DNA of 63,114 nt, filler included, from Octopus bimaculoides (taxonomy: Eukaryota), in NCBI RefSeq assembly GCF_001194135.2. It is 3 parts of 3 records of this genome, joined end to end, with 100 filler letters (N's around TTAATTAATTAA, not from the genome) between each part and the next. Parts side by side here need not be neighbours in the genome. Positions count along the whole stretch, not along the records: positions 30,590 to 60,186 come from NC_068983.1; 2 more parts are not named here. One strand, 5' to 3'. The position numbers were made by a program, and so were the translations under genes. Numbering within the stretch: position 1 is the first letter of the stretch; every line of letters starts with the position of its first letter. Positions 38,624-51,068 of this stretch are shown piece by piece. The notes under the pieces were generated by a model. That model searched no databases and was not told the origin of the DNA. It saw only the letters and a list, made by a program, of their open reading frames with translations.

Positions 38624-40400
38624 TCCAGAAAAATAAATTTCCTGGATGTAACATTGTGCCTCGATACGGGTCTGTTTTGCCCTTTCCGTAAACCTAATAA
38701 ATCTGTGTCATATTTGAACGTCTCATTAATATCATCCTAGATCTACAATAGATAATATTGTTACGGCCATTTCGATTAGAATATCAAATCTTTCATCGAA
38801 CGAAGAAATTTTTAACCAACACGCGCCAGTTCATAATAATGCTCTGGAGGCAAGCGGCTTCAAAACTAGAATTTCATATATACATAACACAAGATTTAAA
38901 AATAAGTTGGCAGGTTTACCACCCGACCATATTGCGTCCGATCGGTGTGGAGGTAAACATTTTTTTAATAGTTACCGTAGTAAACAATCTTTTAGAAACG
39001 GCACTAGGAACAATGGAAATATACATAAAAATAGGAATAAATACAAAAATAGAAATAAAAATATGGACACCTTAAATAAGCCTACGATACGGGAAAATCC
39101 TAATATGGGAATATTTAAAACAAAAGTTTCGCGACTCAGAATAAGAGAAGTAATCTGGTTCGCCGCCACTTTTTCCCTCACTGTAAGAAACTTACCAAAA
39201 ATGTTCTTTAGGGTCTTAGAAAATAATTTTCCTAGGGACCACAAATACTACAGTATTTGTAACAGGTCTACAATTAAGTGTTCCTACTCTGGAATGCCAA
39301 ATTTAGCATCCATTATTGCCTCTTAAAATAGGAATAAAATAAATAGGTTAAAGCTATGCGAATGTCCGCCTCAGGAAAACCCTGTTTCTAATAAAGCCAA
39401 CTGTAAACCACACGACGATAGTGGAACGGGCTCTTCATTCCCTCGGATTATGCCTAAATCTGGGAATGAGATAAGTGGAATGGTTGATAAGAATAAACTT
39501 CTGAGGGCGGTTAATGATGTTGGAATGACTTTAAGGGTGTCCATAAAAAATGATGTAATTGTAGGGACCCTTCTTTATGTCCTCTCGGCGGACTTTGTTT
39601 GTCCACAAACGTAGTGTATAAATGAGTAGTTAGAGACGAGGACAAACAAAATAAGTTTTATATTGGAAGTTCAGTGAATTTTAAAGCCAGGTATAGGGCG
39701 CACATGAGTTCCTTTTCTAATGGGAAATATTATAATTCCCCAATACTCGCCTCTTCCCTGTATGACCTCAAGAGGAGGAATAAGAAGTACTATCGTGAAT
39801 GGTCAATCTTATCTAGAACCCCCCAATTTAGGGCTAATATTAGCAAGTGCTTATTATGCATTAGGGAATCCCTTTCCATTCTTAGGTCTTTTGGGTCGAA
39901 AACCTTGAATAAGTTTATCGAGGTAATCCGTTTTTGCAATCATAAATTTTCCTCCACCTTCCCAAAACTATATAAAAACAGAAATAAGAACAAAAATAAT
40001 AGTATTAGTAGTGGTAATAATGGTGATAGTAATGGTAATGATAGAAATAAAAATTAAAATAAAATATTGATATTAAAATAATAAAAATATGGATACAATG
40101 GTAGTATTTATTTTTTAAAAAATTTTTCCTCATGGCTTACGTTGGATTTAAAACCTAATAGTTTTTAGTTACCAAACCTGCCTGACTATTCTAAAGGGTA
40201 TACTAAAAATTAGATTTTCTTTTTTTGGTCTAGTCCATATTTATTTAAGCTTGCTCTAATAATTATAACATTTTTTGACTGGTGTCTGTGTGGTTTTTTT
40301 TTACCCTGAAGAAGGGGGTTATCACCAATTTGTGCTCTATTGTGACCTAAATACGGTGATATACCACCGAAATGGCCATAGGTGTTCTGTGTTTGTGTTC
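38624..40400 (+). mobile_element. 5'-truncated Penelope-like retroelement: RT C-terminus/thumb, Cys-rich linker, GIY-YIG endonuclease (pseudogenised)
   Basis: NFLDVTL..FRKPN / HPRS..RISNLSSNEEIF / VIWF..NNFPRDHKY..NRSTIKCSYSGMPN / CNCRDPSLCPLGGLCLSTNVVYK*..FYIGSSVNFKARYRAH..WSIL..KCLLCIRESLSIL..LNK. The 3' boundary is uncertain and may extend to about 40900. Confidence 0.9.
40303..40383 (+). ncRNA. Minimal type I hammerhead ribozyme in the PLE 3' region
   Basis: Stem I ACC/GGT; core CTGAAGA plus extra A; stem II GGGGGTTATCACC/GGTGATATACCACC; GAAA; palindromic stem III ATGGCCAT; AUA cleavage triplet ending at 40380. Confidence 0.8.
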
Positions 40401-42170
40401 CACCTATACTTGTAATCCACTGTAAATGATGTTTATTGTTTGACTTTACTGATGTTACCTGCGGAATGGTGAAATATGGATTTTACTTTGCCACACTTTG
40501 GATGTTCTGTTGTTGTTTTGTCCCGTGCGCTTCGGTATTCCTGTTTATGAAATTGGATTTTACCTACTAAATTTGCTGTCATGAGGCAGGTAGTTGAACT
40601 TTCGTACTATTTATCTTGAACTTTTTTTATTGGCTATTGGCCTCAGCGAATGAACTCTTGTGCTACGTCTCCCTATGTATTATTTTTTCTCTATATTTTT
40701 TCTATATATATATTTTTTTATTCTAGTGTATTGTACCGGTCTCTAATATTTTTAATCAACTTTATTTATTTATTTATATTATTCTATTGTATTTTTAATC
40801 GATTTTTTATTCTTATTTTTTTTTTTTTTTTACTTCCCTTTACTAATTTGGTTTTGTGGTCTATGTTGTTCTTCTTATATGTGGTCATTGGTGGGCTACG
40901 GCTTTTTGAGTCGATGACCTAACGGTTTTATTCTGCAATTAACTTTGTACCTATGTCTCAACAAGTTTGAGCACTTGTTTTACAGCCTTGTATAAATTCT
41001 TGGTTTTCTAATACAAAACTGTTAATATTGAATAATTATATATATATATATATATTTGTTAGATTTGTAACCTCTGTATTCTCTATGTAGATAGCAAAAA
41101 AAAATTGAAAAATGTTACAAAGACATTGCGGTGGGGATAGAGGGAAACTAAAATTGTGAAAGTGTGATTTCTGGATAAAATCGTATTAACCCGATTTTTT
41201 TCGATGATTTCATGTTCTAAGAAATGTCCTATACTTTCTATTTATCATGTTTATTGAATTTTTGTAGCTCCAATTTCTCACAAATTTAAATATTCATTGC
41301 ATTCACTGCGTCCAATTATGCACAGATTTAAATATTTATTGCATTCACTGCTGAGTATTCCAATTTCATTTGCAAAGTATCTCTCTACGAAGTGTAAGTT
41401 TTCTTTCTTTATTTGGAAAACCGATAGTTTATTCTGTTAATGTATACGTAATGTAAAAACATTATTTATAGAATGATTTTTTTTTCAAAATACCCGTACA
41501 CTTTTAAACACGGTATCCTGTGAGAAGAGACAAGGAATGTGTTTAATTATTATTAGAATCCGTGGAGAGAAAAAAAACATCGTTACCGATATGTCCTCGG
41601 AACTTGCATTTATTCAGTTTCCATACATTGTATACGACTAAGCCAATATTTATTTCGCATCCAGTTGTTTTGACACCAGGCGAATTGACGAGAAGGTATA
41701 TTCTAACGCCTATACATTACAGCCTGCCCACGAACTAGCAATATACATACCTTGTTTATGTGTGTTCGACATTGCTTCTATCCTTAAGGCTGCTTTTCAT
41801 TCATACATATGTGTGCATATTTCTATTTCAATTTTCTATCGTTCTAGTCCTTCACCATTAATATAGAAGCAAGTATACTTGACCCAATAAATGAGTTTCC
41901 TCAATCTTATCTGATCTACAATACCTTATTTCTGTAGCATTTTGAATACTATACAGCTTGGTGGTGAATCACTCTGGCAGAATTTTATCAGATTTCTACT
42001 TCCAAATGTTTTGGTGTTGCTGGTTCGAGCGTTGGTATTGGTGGTGGTGGTGGTGGTGGTACTTAGTTCAAGAAGAGGCATGTGCCAGAAGATCTGTCAT
42101 GATTTACATTTTGATCATTGTTGGAGAGATTTAAGGAGAAATACAGAATTAGAATTAGAAAAAGAAGAAG

Positions 42171-42393
42171 AATCCTTTCTACTATAGGTACATGGATGGT
42201 CTGAAATTTTGCAAGTGGGAACTAGTTGATTATATCGTCCACAGTGCTTAACTGGGGCTTATTTAATCGATTACCCCGAAATGATGAAAAGCAAAGTCAA
42301 CCTAGGTGTAACTTAAACTCGGAAAGTAAAAATGAACGAAACACCGTTAAGCATTTGTTCTAAGATGCTTTCAATTCTTCCACTTTGCCGCTT
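42171..42393 (-). mobile_element. Family C SINE, diverged
   Basis: AATCCTTTCTACTATAGG tail and ACCCCGAAATGATGAAAAGCAAAGTCAACC domain. Confidence 0.7.
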
Positions 42394-42436
42394 CAAATAT
42401 AATAATGATAATAATAATAATAATAACAATAATAAT

Positions 42437-42819
42437 AATGCCCGGATGCAGAGCCAGGCAGTGTCTCTCATTGCTTCTGATCTTATCTTAATTGATTGGA
42501 AGTGTTGTCATGTACATTGTTTTGTATTGGTATAAAAGATGGGCTACAGCGTATATTCTGCTTAATACCACAGGTTTACTTGTCAGTTGTTTGACTTTAA
42601 CCAGTTGAGCATGTCCCTTGGTGCCTGGCGATATGTACATCTCTGATCACGAGCAGAAGTAGTGGAGGAGCATCATAGACATGTGTTGAGAGGAATTCTT
42701 TGGGGTTTGAATAATTCGCGTTTGGAAACATGGCTGTTTTGCTCAACATCCTTAAACAAACCTTATTCAGGGACCTTTTGAGCAGTGTCACTTTGATGGC
42801 ATGCACTGCTCTCTCACTC
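42437..42819 (+). mobile_element. (AAT)n-embedded non-coding element, copy 4 (internally deleted)
   Basis: Same termini, (AAT)n both sides, jumps from CCTTTTGAGC to AGTGTCAC. Confidence 0.8.
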
Positions 42820-42849
42820 AATAATAACAATAATATTATTAATAATAAT

Positions 42850-43550
42850 AGGAAAATAAAACTCGCACAGAAAACTGAACTCTAATAGTCGCATCGAAGC
42901 CATCAACACCTTCGCACTTCCAGTACTCCAATATAGTTTTAATATTATTAACTGGAATCTTAGAGAACTCTAACGTCTGGACAGGAAGACAAGAAATCTA
43001 CTAACCTCTAAGAACATGTACCACACAAAGGCAGATGCTGATCATCTGTACCTACCTAGAAGTAATCGGGAAGAGGAATGATGCGGGTAGAACTGTGCTA
43101 CAAGATCTCCACAATAGCAATGAACAAGTACTTATCTAATATACATGCTGCGGCTTGTGTGCAACCACGAAAGCAGAAAAAAAAAATCACATTTCTATTG
43201 CCAGAAAAAAATATCACATTTCTATTGCCAAGGAGACTTGCAAATTCGCAAAGGAAATTAGCATTGATACTGAAATATTTGAAGAATCTGAAAGCATTGC
43301 CATAAAACAAGCAAAATGGATCAAGTAGACTGCAGAAAAGAACGGGCAGAAACAAATTGTGCAGCAGATGATCCAGAAGCCTCTCAATGGTCAGTATATA
43401 CTTCGAAGTCGAAATGCGGATGTAGATCAAGCAACAAACCATCAGTGACTGAAAAGTTCAGGTCTGAAAGCAGAGGGTGAAGGTTTCATATCCGTGGCAC
43501 AAGATCAAAGCTTGCTCACCAAAAACTACCAGGCTAACGTTCTTCAAAAC
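42850..43550 (+). mobile_element. R4/Dong-like LINE internal fragment (post-RT region), degenerate
   Basis: IEAINTFALPVLQYSFNIINW..LDRKTRNLLT..HTKADADHLYLPR..GRGM / KPLNGQY..VD..LKAEGEGFI..AQDQSLLTKNY; begins right after an (AAT) tract. Confidence 0.8.
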
Positions 43551-43826
43551 TTATTTACATTATTTACATTTCACATATATTTGTCCTCATTTTCTTTGTT
43601 GTTAACACAACATTTCGGCTGATATACCCTTCAGCCTTCATCAAGTGTCTTGAGGAAATTTCGAACCTGGGTTCTCATTCCTAAGATATTTTTCGATGTC
43701 ATTGTTGTCATCATCATGATCATCATCATGATCATCATCATCATTATTATTATTATTATTCAGGTCACTGTCTGGTATTGAACTCGGAATTTTGGGGTTA
43801 GTAGCCCGCGCTCTTAACCACTACGC
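43551..43826 (-). mobile_element. tRNA-headed SINE (family D) carrying a hammerhead-like motif
   Basis: Head GCGTAGTGGTTAAG...GAGTTCAATACC, internal (AAT)n(GAT)n, unique body, tail (ATGTAAATA)2. Confidence 0.75.
43604..43649 (-). ncRNA. Minimal type I hammerhead-like motif (C3U variant) inside SINE family D
   Basis: GACAC-TTGATGA-A-GGCTGA-agggtata-TCAGCC-GAAA-TG-T-T-GTGTT: 5-bp stem I, perfect 6-bp stem II, 4-nt stem III. Confidence 0.6.
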
Positions 43827-44259
43827 AACAAATAGGTCGAAGCAGAGGATACGATTAACCTCCCCTTAAATTACTTTTCGGACATTAAGAGATTAGATTT
43901 AACCAGACAATATCCTGGAATACATCTACAGTCTCCATTTACAGTAATCTCGGGTTCTAGCGTTTATATATTATTGAAAACAATTATTCAAGAATAATTC
44001 ATTTTTATTCAGACCTGCACGCAAAACAATGATCTAGATATTATTTATTATTGATTTTAGTTCGAATGATTCATGTAGAATTATACAATGAATACACCTG
44101 GCCATCTATTTCCCAATTTATTTTGCATCCTTTCCCTGTTTCTATAACAAGTACATACATATATACACGTTCACAACCACAAGTACGCAGCCACACATAA
44201 ACAACATTAATACATACTCATCCCACACACCCCATCCACCCTATATACCTATCTACGTG

Positions 44260-44303
<44 letters not shown>

Positions 44304-47016
44304 CATACAAAGAGAGAGAGAGAGAGAGGGGGTGTGTATGTGATACATATACATGAACGTAGATTACATATAGATTTGTTTGTGTGAAAATAAAGCGTAC
44401 TTTTATTTTTATTCTTCTTATCAGTGACAATACAACTATTCCTAACGTACCTAACAAGATAATTTAGTTCTCAGTATTCTCTTAGTTTCCGATATCGGTA
44501 GTCAATGATTTTAAAAATAATTGTTTCTCATTTCTATTTTTCTGGAAACTTAAAATCTGACTTCACGGTAAACAATTTTGATCTCCGACTTATCTGTATA
44601 ACAAATGATATTATGATAAGTACAAGAGTTTGTTATATTTCTAATGTTTTGAAATGTTATTAATATTGTAGCAATGTTTTGATATCTCTTGTTCGTTTTT
44701 AACTTTTCAAAACATTCGCTCTTATTTTGCTATCTAGTCGTCAACATGAATATATATTATTTATCTGACAAGAACTATTTTGAGGACAGTCACCTCTTTA
44801 TTCTTTAAAGCTAAGTAAACTCCGTTCTGTCGAACTGGCACAATGTTACTTTTTCTTCTATCACGTACATACAAATACATACATATCTGCACTATTTAAT
44901 GTTTTCGGTGGCAAGGGTGCCCAACTGGTAGAGAGCCTAATATAATGCATCCTAGTGCGTTATTACAGCCAGTTTCTCAAGCACAAACCATATAAAACTT
45001 TGCAGTTTTCCTTCTATTTCCCACATGTCATCTTGTAATCTGGACAAGGACATTGTTCCACTCCTCATGGAGATAAAAATCCATTCTATTGTCTCTTTAC
45101 TCATTCTATTCCATACTTATCCGCCACTCCCTTGTCTACAAGACAACGAACTCATTTATTTTTCACTTCCAGCATTCTACCAAAGGCAGTTCTCCACACC
45201 TCAAAACAACACAATATGCTTACATCGCCATCAGTATACTTATTAATTATATCAACCATCACTGCATAAAGCTATAACCTCTAAACAAGAAATGCTTGTG
45301 AACAGATAAATTAAATGCAATAGGTCGGGTGATGGACACATAGTAATTGTAGCACCACAAATATTGTTGACGATTTCTCCATGTTCTTCGAAGTAAATTA
45401 CCCGTGAATGTCCCACACATTACAATTTATTTCCATTGAAAGGAGAGGATACATTGATTACACACATAGGAAAATGTAATCCTATATAGGTTAGGTCTGA
45501 AAGAGAAAATATAGAATGGTGTATTTGTTTTGGAATACACAAATATCTCCCATTTTCAAATCATTGTTTATACTACAGAGGGTGATAGGTGAAACTATTT
45601 CAGTCTTGGTGTTATTTGTTGCAGAAAATTTTATTCTGACCCCAGAAAAACAGCATCCAAACCGAGACCGTCTGAAAGATCGATACTGTGTCATTTAAAC
45701 CTTTTCCCTATAGATGTGATGTCTCCTCATTTTGAATTATCTAATACTATTTAAATAACCACTTCTCCCAGGATCAGGCTGGTTTCTACCTGTATCCACC
45801 CGTCTCTCCAGATGTAACACAAGTATTATCTAGCATTAGTAGTCAAATTGATATACTGAAAATAATGAATGAAATTGTGACCAATATATTGAGAGAAATT
45901 TATTGGTGAGCGAAATAAATTAAGTACTTGAAATATACTGGATCTCATACAATCTATTATAGACCAGTCCATTCTGAAAACGGAACACGTGGTTGATAAA
46001 TAAAAATCAATATTGATATAAGTCTTGAGCTACATAACACAAACACAGTATCTTAGTAGATCAAAGAATCATGTAATTACTTTTCAACTTTTCTCAAGGA
46101 ACGATGAATGATGAGACAGTTTCTGGAGGCCATGGAATAATTGAATAATTATTAATGGAATATCTACAATGTAACTTTTATTATTGCAATCATTTCAGTT
46201 TCTGACATTTATTCGATTTTATCTGTTACCTTTCTTTGAAAATTTAAAAACTTTTGCTAGTCTGGAAGTTTGATTATTCATATATGAGACTAGTCTTAGG
46301 AATTAGAAATAAACTTTACGTTTTACTGTATTCTAGGCTTTTCTATTATGTTTAAATCAGTCTTAGAAGTAGGGGGTCACATTGGAGCATGTAGTCATGG
46401 ACAGACACTTAGATGCAATGGTTACAGTTGGCATTTGCTCAGAACTGGCAACTGAACGTACGTCTGCTTACTCAGGCCTGACCTACATCTAAAAGACGAG
46501 CACAGCACTCTATATAATAGTCCATTTAATTTTAAATGAGATAAGGATGAAGACCTAAACCATTTCATTTAGAAGCAACGTAGGTTTTCTATATCTGAAG
46601 TCTTCTGACGTTCTATTGGGAGTTTACACATTTGGCTGCGAATATTGTTCTCAGCACTGTAAAATGACAATTGATTTATATTATTATTTTATAATCTACA
46701 TTACTAGATTGATGACATTCCAAGTACTTACAGAAAACAGTAGGAAAACTAATTCCTATTTCACTGCTCTTAATTTTTGTGATGCCTCATGTTGTTATAT
46801 TTGAATAAATAAACAGCTTGTTTTTGTCAGTTTGTTTTTCACCCAAGTCCATCTAAAGTTAAATTAACCATGCATACGAAACTATAAAATGTATGCATCT
46901 TAATCACCATCAAGGCATTGTCGTCTCCATCTGAAATTATTCCAAAGTATCCCGTTCAACCACTAGAATTCATATAACTAGAATACAACATTTCTGACGC
47001 TCGAGTATGATTGCAT

Positions 47017-47074
47017 CCGAGTTCGATTCCAGGCAGTGACTTGAATAATTTGAATACTAATAATAATTATAACA
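47017..47074 (+). mobile_element. Partial head of a second family D SINE, running into a gap
   Basis: CCGAGTTCGATTCCAGGCAGTGACTTGAATAAT matches the 43826 head. Confidence 0.6.
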
Positions 47075-47306
47075 NNNNNNNNNNNNNNNNNNNNNNNNNN
47101 NNNNNNNNNNNNNNNNNNNNNNNNNNNNNNNNNNNNNNNNNNNNNNNNNNNNNNNNNNNNNNNNNNNNNNNNNNATATATATATCCACTCATATGTACAG
47201 TAGTATGGTTGCATAACGTGATAAGTTGGCGCAACCATCAATTAATATCGTACGTACCAGCTGTCAGAAACACGTTTCATATGCAAGTCTAGCGGTGGAT
47301 TAATAA

Positions 47307-47513
47307 ATCTGGCAATAACTTTAGCACGCAGTACAAATTGCGTAGCGGCATTTCGGTCGCTTTTACGTTCTGAGTTCAAATTTCACTGAAGTCGACTTTG
47401 CTTTTCATTATTTTGGAGGTTCATAGAATAAGTACCAGTTCAGCACAGCGGTTGAGGCAATCGACTTATTTCCTTTGCCGAAATTGTTGGTCTCGTACCA
47501 AAATTTGGAAACA
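47307..47513 (+). mobile_element. Family C SINE, diverged
   Basis: TACGTTCTGAGTTCAAATT...GTCGACTTTGCTTTTCAT...ATAAGTACCAG. Confidence 0.7.
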
Positions 47514-48183
47514 CCACCTCCATATTCGTTTCGGGTTCCAAGTACTGGCATCAAATATCACCGAGATGAAATTATTTACCTTTCATTTTTTTTTTTCATC
47601 AATGTTGATAGTGTAATGTAACGATCAAGTGCCGCCATCAGTGTTATCGACTAACACTTTTGCATGATTCGTAGCTGAATAAGATACTATTATGAGAGAC
47701 AAAATAGCAAACTCAATTAAGCATGAGAAAAAAAGTGTATTCTGGAATTTTACGTTTCAAATAGTAATCCCACCGAAATCAACTCCGCTTTTCGTCCTTT
47801 CGAGATTGATGAGGTAGTATGTTCTGGAAACATTTATAGCACGGTGGATGTACACAGCCATGAAAGTGTCGAACAAAGCACATTGTGCTACTCTTCATTC
47901 TGTTTCACTAATTCCATGTTGTATTGTATTTTAGTATCTACTCCGCTTGACTATTGGTGCTTTATAATTATTCTTTAAATTCATCCAATTATAAATTGTA
48001 TAACGTGGCTCACTCCTCACATTGTCTCGTGTAATTCAACACGTTTTTGTAAGCCACTTGTGTAATGGTTCATTGTATTTTTGCTGTATCTGTTCGAGTC
48101 CTTGGAGTTAATGAGCAAATAATAATCATCATCATCCTCATCATTGATGTTATTATTATTTATTATTATTATTATTATTATTA

Positions 48184-48218
<35 letters not shown>

Positions 48219-48412
48219 GTCATTATTGACATCACCTCTTCATGGCCGTCATCATCAGCAAATAACTGCATCCTCGTCAATAAAAAATATAACCATTATG
48301 ATTTAATGCAAGCTAGGAAAAATCGATAGATGGATTTTCAGAAACTGCAGAAAAATTATAATTGGTGTATAGTACATCAATTTCAGAAGAATCGTATATA
48401 TACAAGCATAAG

Positions 48413-48466
<54 letters not shown>

Positions 48467-48664
48467 TACATACATGCATATATAAACATGCAGATACACA
48501 CACACAATTATGAGTACATATCTACGTAGACATGTATACATAATTACGGACACTTAATGACAAAAATGCACAATTGCTCCCTGAATATATGCTTACAAAT
48601 GGTATGCACTGTTAACTGGTTTAACTCAATTTATAAATGATCGAATGACGGACTACAATTGAAT

Positions 48665-49050
48665 AGGAGCGATAGTGTTACGTTTCTGGTTCTCAACCAG
48701 ATGGTTCGAGGCCCACTTTCACTGCGTGGCACCTTGGGCAAGTGGGCTGTAGACTCTGGTCGAGCAAATCCACGTGAGTGAATTTGGAAATTGAAAGAAG
48801 TCCGTCGTATATATGTAGAGATGTAAGTATACATATATGTGTGTTTTCGTGTCTATGTTTGTCTACCCCAAAGCCACCCGACAACCGTTGCTGCTCTGTT
48901 TACGTGCCAGTAAGCTAGCAGTTCTACAAAAGATACTAATATAATAAGTACCAAGCTTGAAAAATTAAGTACCGCGTTCGATACATTTGACTAAAACGTT
49001 CTCATGATGCCCCAGCATGGCCTGAGGGAAATAACTGAAACAAGTAAAAG
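48665..49050 (+). mobile_element. Old OR-type SINE copy
   Basis: CACTGCGTGGCACCTTGGGCAAGTG, AAAGAAGTCCGTCGTAT, ACTGAAACAAGTAAAAG tail. Confidence 0.7.
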
Positions 49051-49060
49051 CTTATATATT

Positions 49061-49217
49061 GGCACAGGAGTGGCTGTGTGGTAAGTAGCTTGCTTCCCAA
49101 CCGCATGGCTCCTGGTTCAGTCCCACTGCGTTGCGCAAGTGTCTTCTACTATAGCTTCAGGCCGGCCAAAGCCTGGTGCGGCGATTTGGTAGACAAAAAT
49201 CGGAAGAAGCCTGTCGT
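49061..49217 (+). mobile_element. OR-type SINE 5' half, cut by (TA)n/gap
   Basis: GGCACAGGAGTGGCTGTGTGGTAAG head. Confidence 0.8.
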
Positions 49218-49921
49218 ATATATATATATATATATANNNNNNNNNNNNNNNNNNNNNNNNNNNNNNNNNNNNNNNNNNNNNNNNNNNNNNNNNNNNNNNN
49301 NNNNNNNNNNNNNNNNNNNNNNNNNNNNNNNNNNNNNNNNNNNNNNNNNNNNNNNNNNNNNNNNNNNNNNNNNNNNNNNNNNNNNNNNNNNNNNNNNNNN
49401 NNNNNNNNNNNNNNNNNNNNNNNNNNNNNNNNNNNNNNNNNNNNNNNNNNNNNNNNATATATATATATATATATATATATATAGATAGATAGATAGATAG
49501 ATATAGTTGCACGATATTGTGTTGAGTAAAAACGTAATGAAATATCTGTATGGTATTAATCGTACTTCGAATGGTGACAGTATAAATGGCAATACTTATA
49601 GTTAAACTGTATCAGGTGATAAGACTTGTTGTGATGGTCATGCATAAAATGTCAAATACATCAAGGTGTAACACTTAAGGCATATAGAAAGATTCCAATT
49701 TTTCTATATTATTCCGTAAAATATTGACATTTTAAAACAACATGGCGTGTGAGAGCATGCGCTCGAATGCGCATCTTGTCCGACGATGGATTAAATCGAT
49801 GAAACTTCGATGTCACTGTCAAAAAAATTGTCCTTCAAGAATAATTTATATACATAATATATATTGTCAGTAAATCGTAAATCCGAAACAAGCACACTAA
49901 GTTATAGAGCAGTAGAGTTAT

Positions 49922-50296
49922 CAGGAGTGGCCTTGTAGTAAATAGCTTGCTAACCAACCCATGGTCCCGGGTTCAGTTCCACTGGGTGGCACCTTGGGCA
50001 AGTGTTTTCTACTGTAGCCACGAGCTGACAAAAGCTTTGTGAGTGGATTCGGTAGAAGATAACTGAAACAAGCCTGTCGTATGTATATATGTGTGTGTGT
50101 CTGTGTTTGATCCCTCCACCACCATCGCTTGACAACTGATGTTTATGTGTTTACGTCCCCGTATCTTAGCAGTTCGTTATAAGAGAACGATAGAGTGAGT
50201 ACTAGGCTTACAAAGAATGTCCTAGGATCGATTTATTCGACTGAAGGTGGTGCTCCAGCATGGCCACAGTCAAATGACTGAAACAAATAAAAGAAA
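49922..50296 (+). mobile_element. OR-type SINE
   Basis: Head, CORE-like GGCACCTTGGGCAAGTG and CAGTCAAATGACTGAAAC tail. Confidence 0.85.
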
Positions 50297-50671
50297 TACA
50301 TAGTATATATTCTGTATCAGTCATTAGACTGCATCCATGGCGTGGTAACTTCTTGAAGAATTATAATCAAACCTAGAAGATTTGTTCTTTGAATCCTGGT
50401 TTTTCTATCGGTCTCACTTGCTTAACCACTAGATTACGAAGACATGAATACACCAACACCGGTTGTCAAACTGTGAAGGGGGTTAAACACACATACACAC
50501 GCATGCACACACGTCCACTCGCCAACACACTCTCACACACATTTATACATATATATATATATATAATGTATATATATATAAACGTGTATAAGTAATGACC
50601 ACTAGGTGTACATCCAACATGCTAGAAAGAGTTCATCAATGACCCAACCACAAAGAAAAATAATGTTCTCC

Positions 50672-50735
<64 letters not shown>

Positions 50736-51008
50736 NNNNNNNNNNNNNNNNNNNNNNNNNNNNNNNNNNNNNNNNNNNNNNNNNNNNNNNNNNNNNNNNN
50801 NNNNNNNNNNNNNNNNNNNNNNNNNNNNNNNNNNNNNNNNNNNNNNNNNNNNNNNNNNNNNNNNNNNNNNNNNNNNNNNNNNNNNNNNNNNNNNNNNNNN
50901 NNNNNNNNNNNNNNNNNNNNNNNNNNNNNNNNNNNNNNNNNNNNNNNNNNNNNNNNNNNNNNNNNNNNNNNNNNNNNNNNNNNNNNNNNNNNNNNNNNNN
51001 NNNNNNNN

Positions 51009-51068
<60 letters not shown>

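Noticed and set aside
40449-40485. Second hammerhead in the PLE 3' region (CTGATGTT-ACC..GGT-GAAA)
   Set aside because: A9 is missing, the cleavage position is G and there is no stem I; at best a dead relic.
43760-43826. Functional tRNA gene
   Set aside because: 5'-truncated, no acceptor stem or poly-T terminator, continues into a SINE body; the same applies to the other SINE heads.
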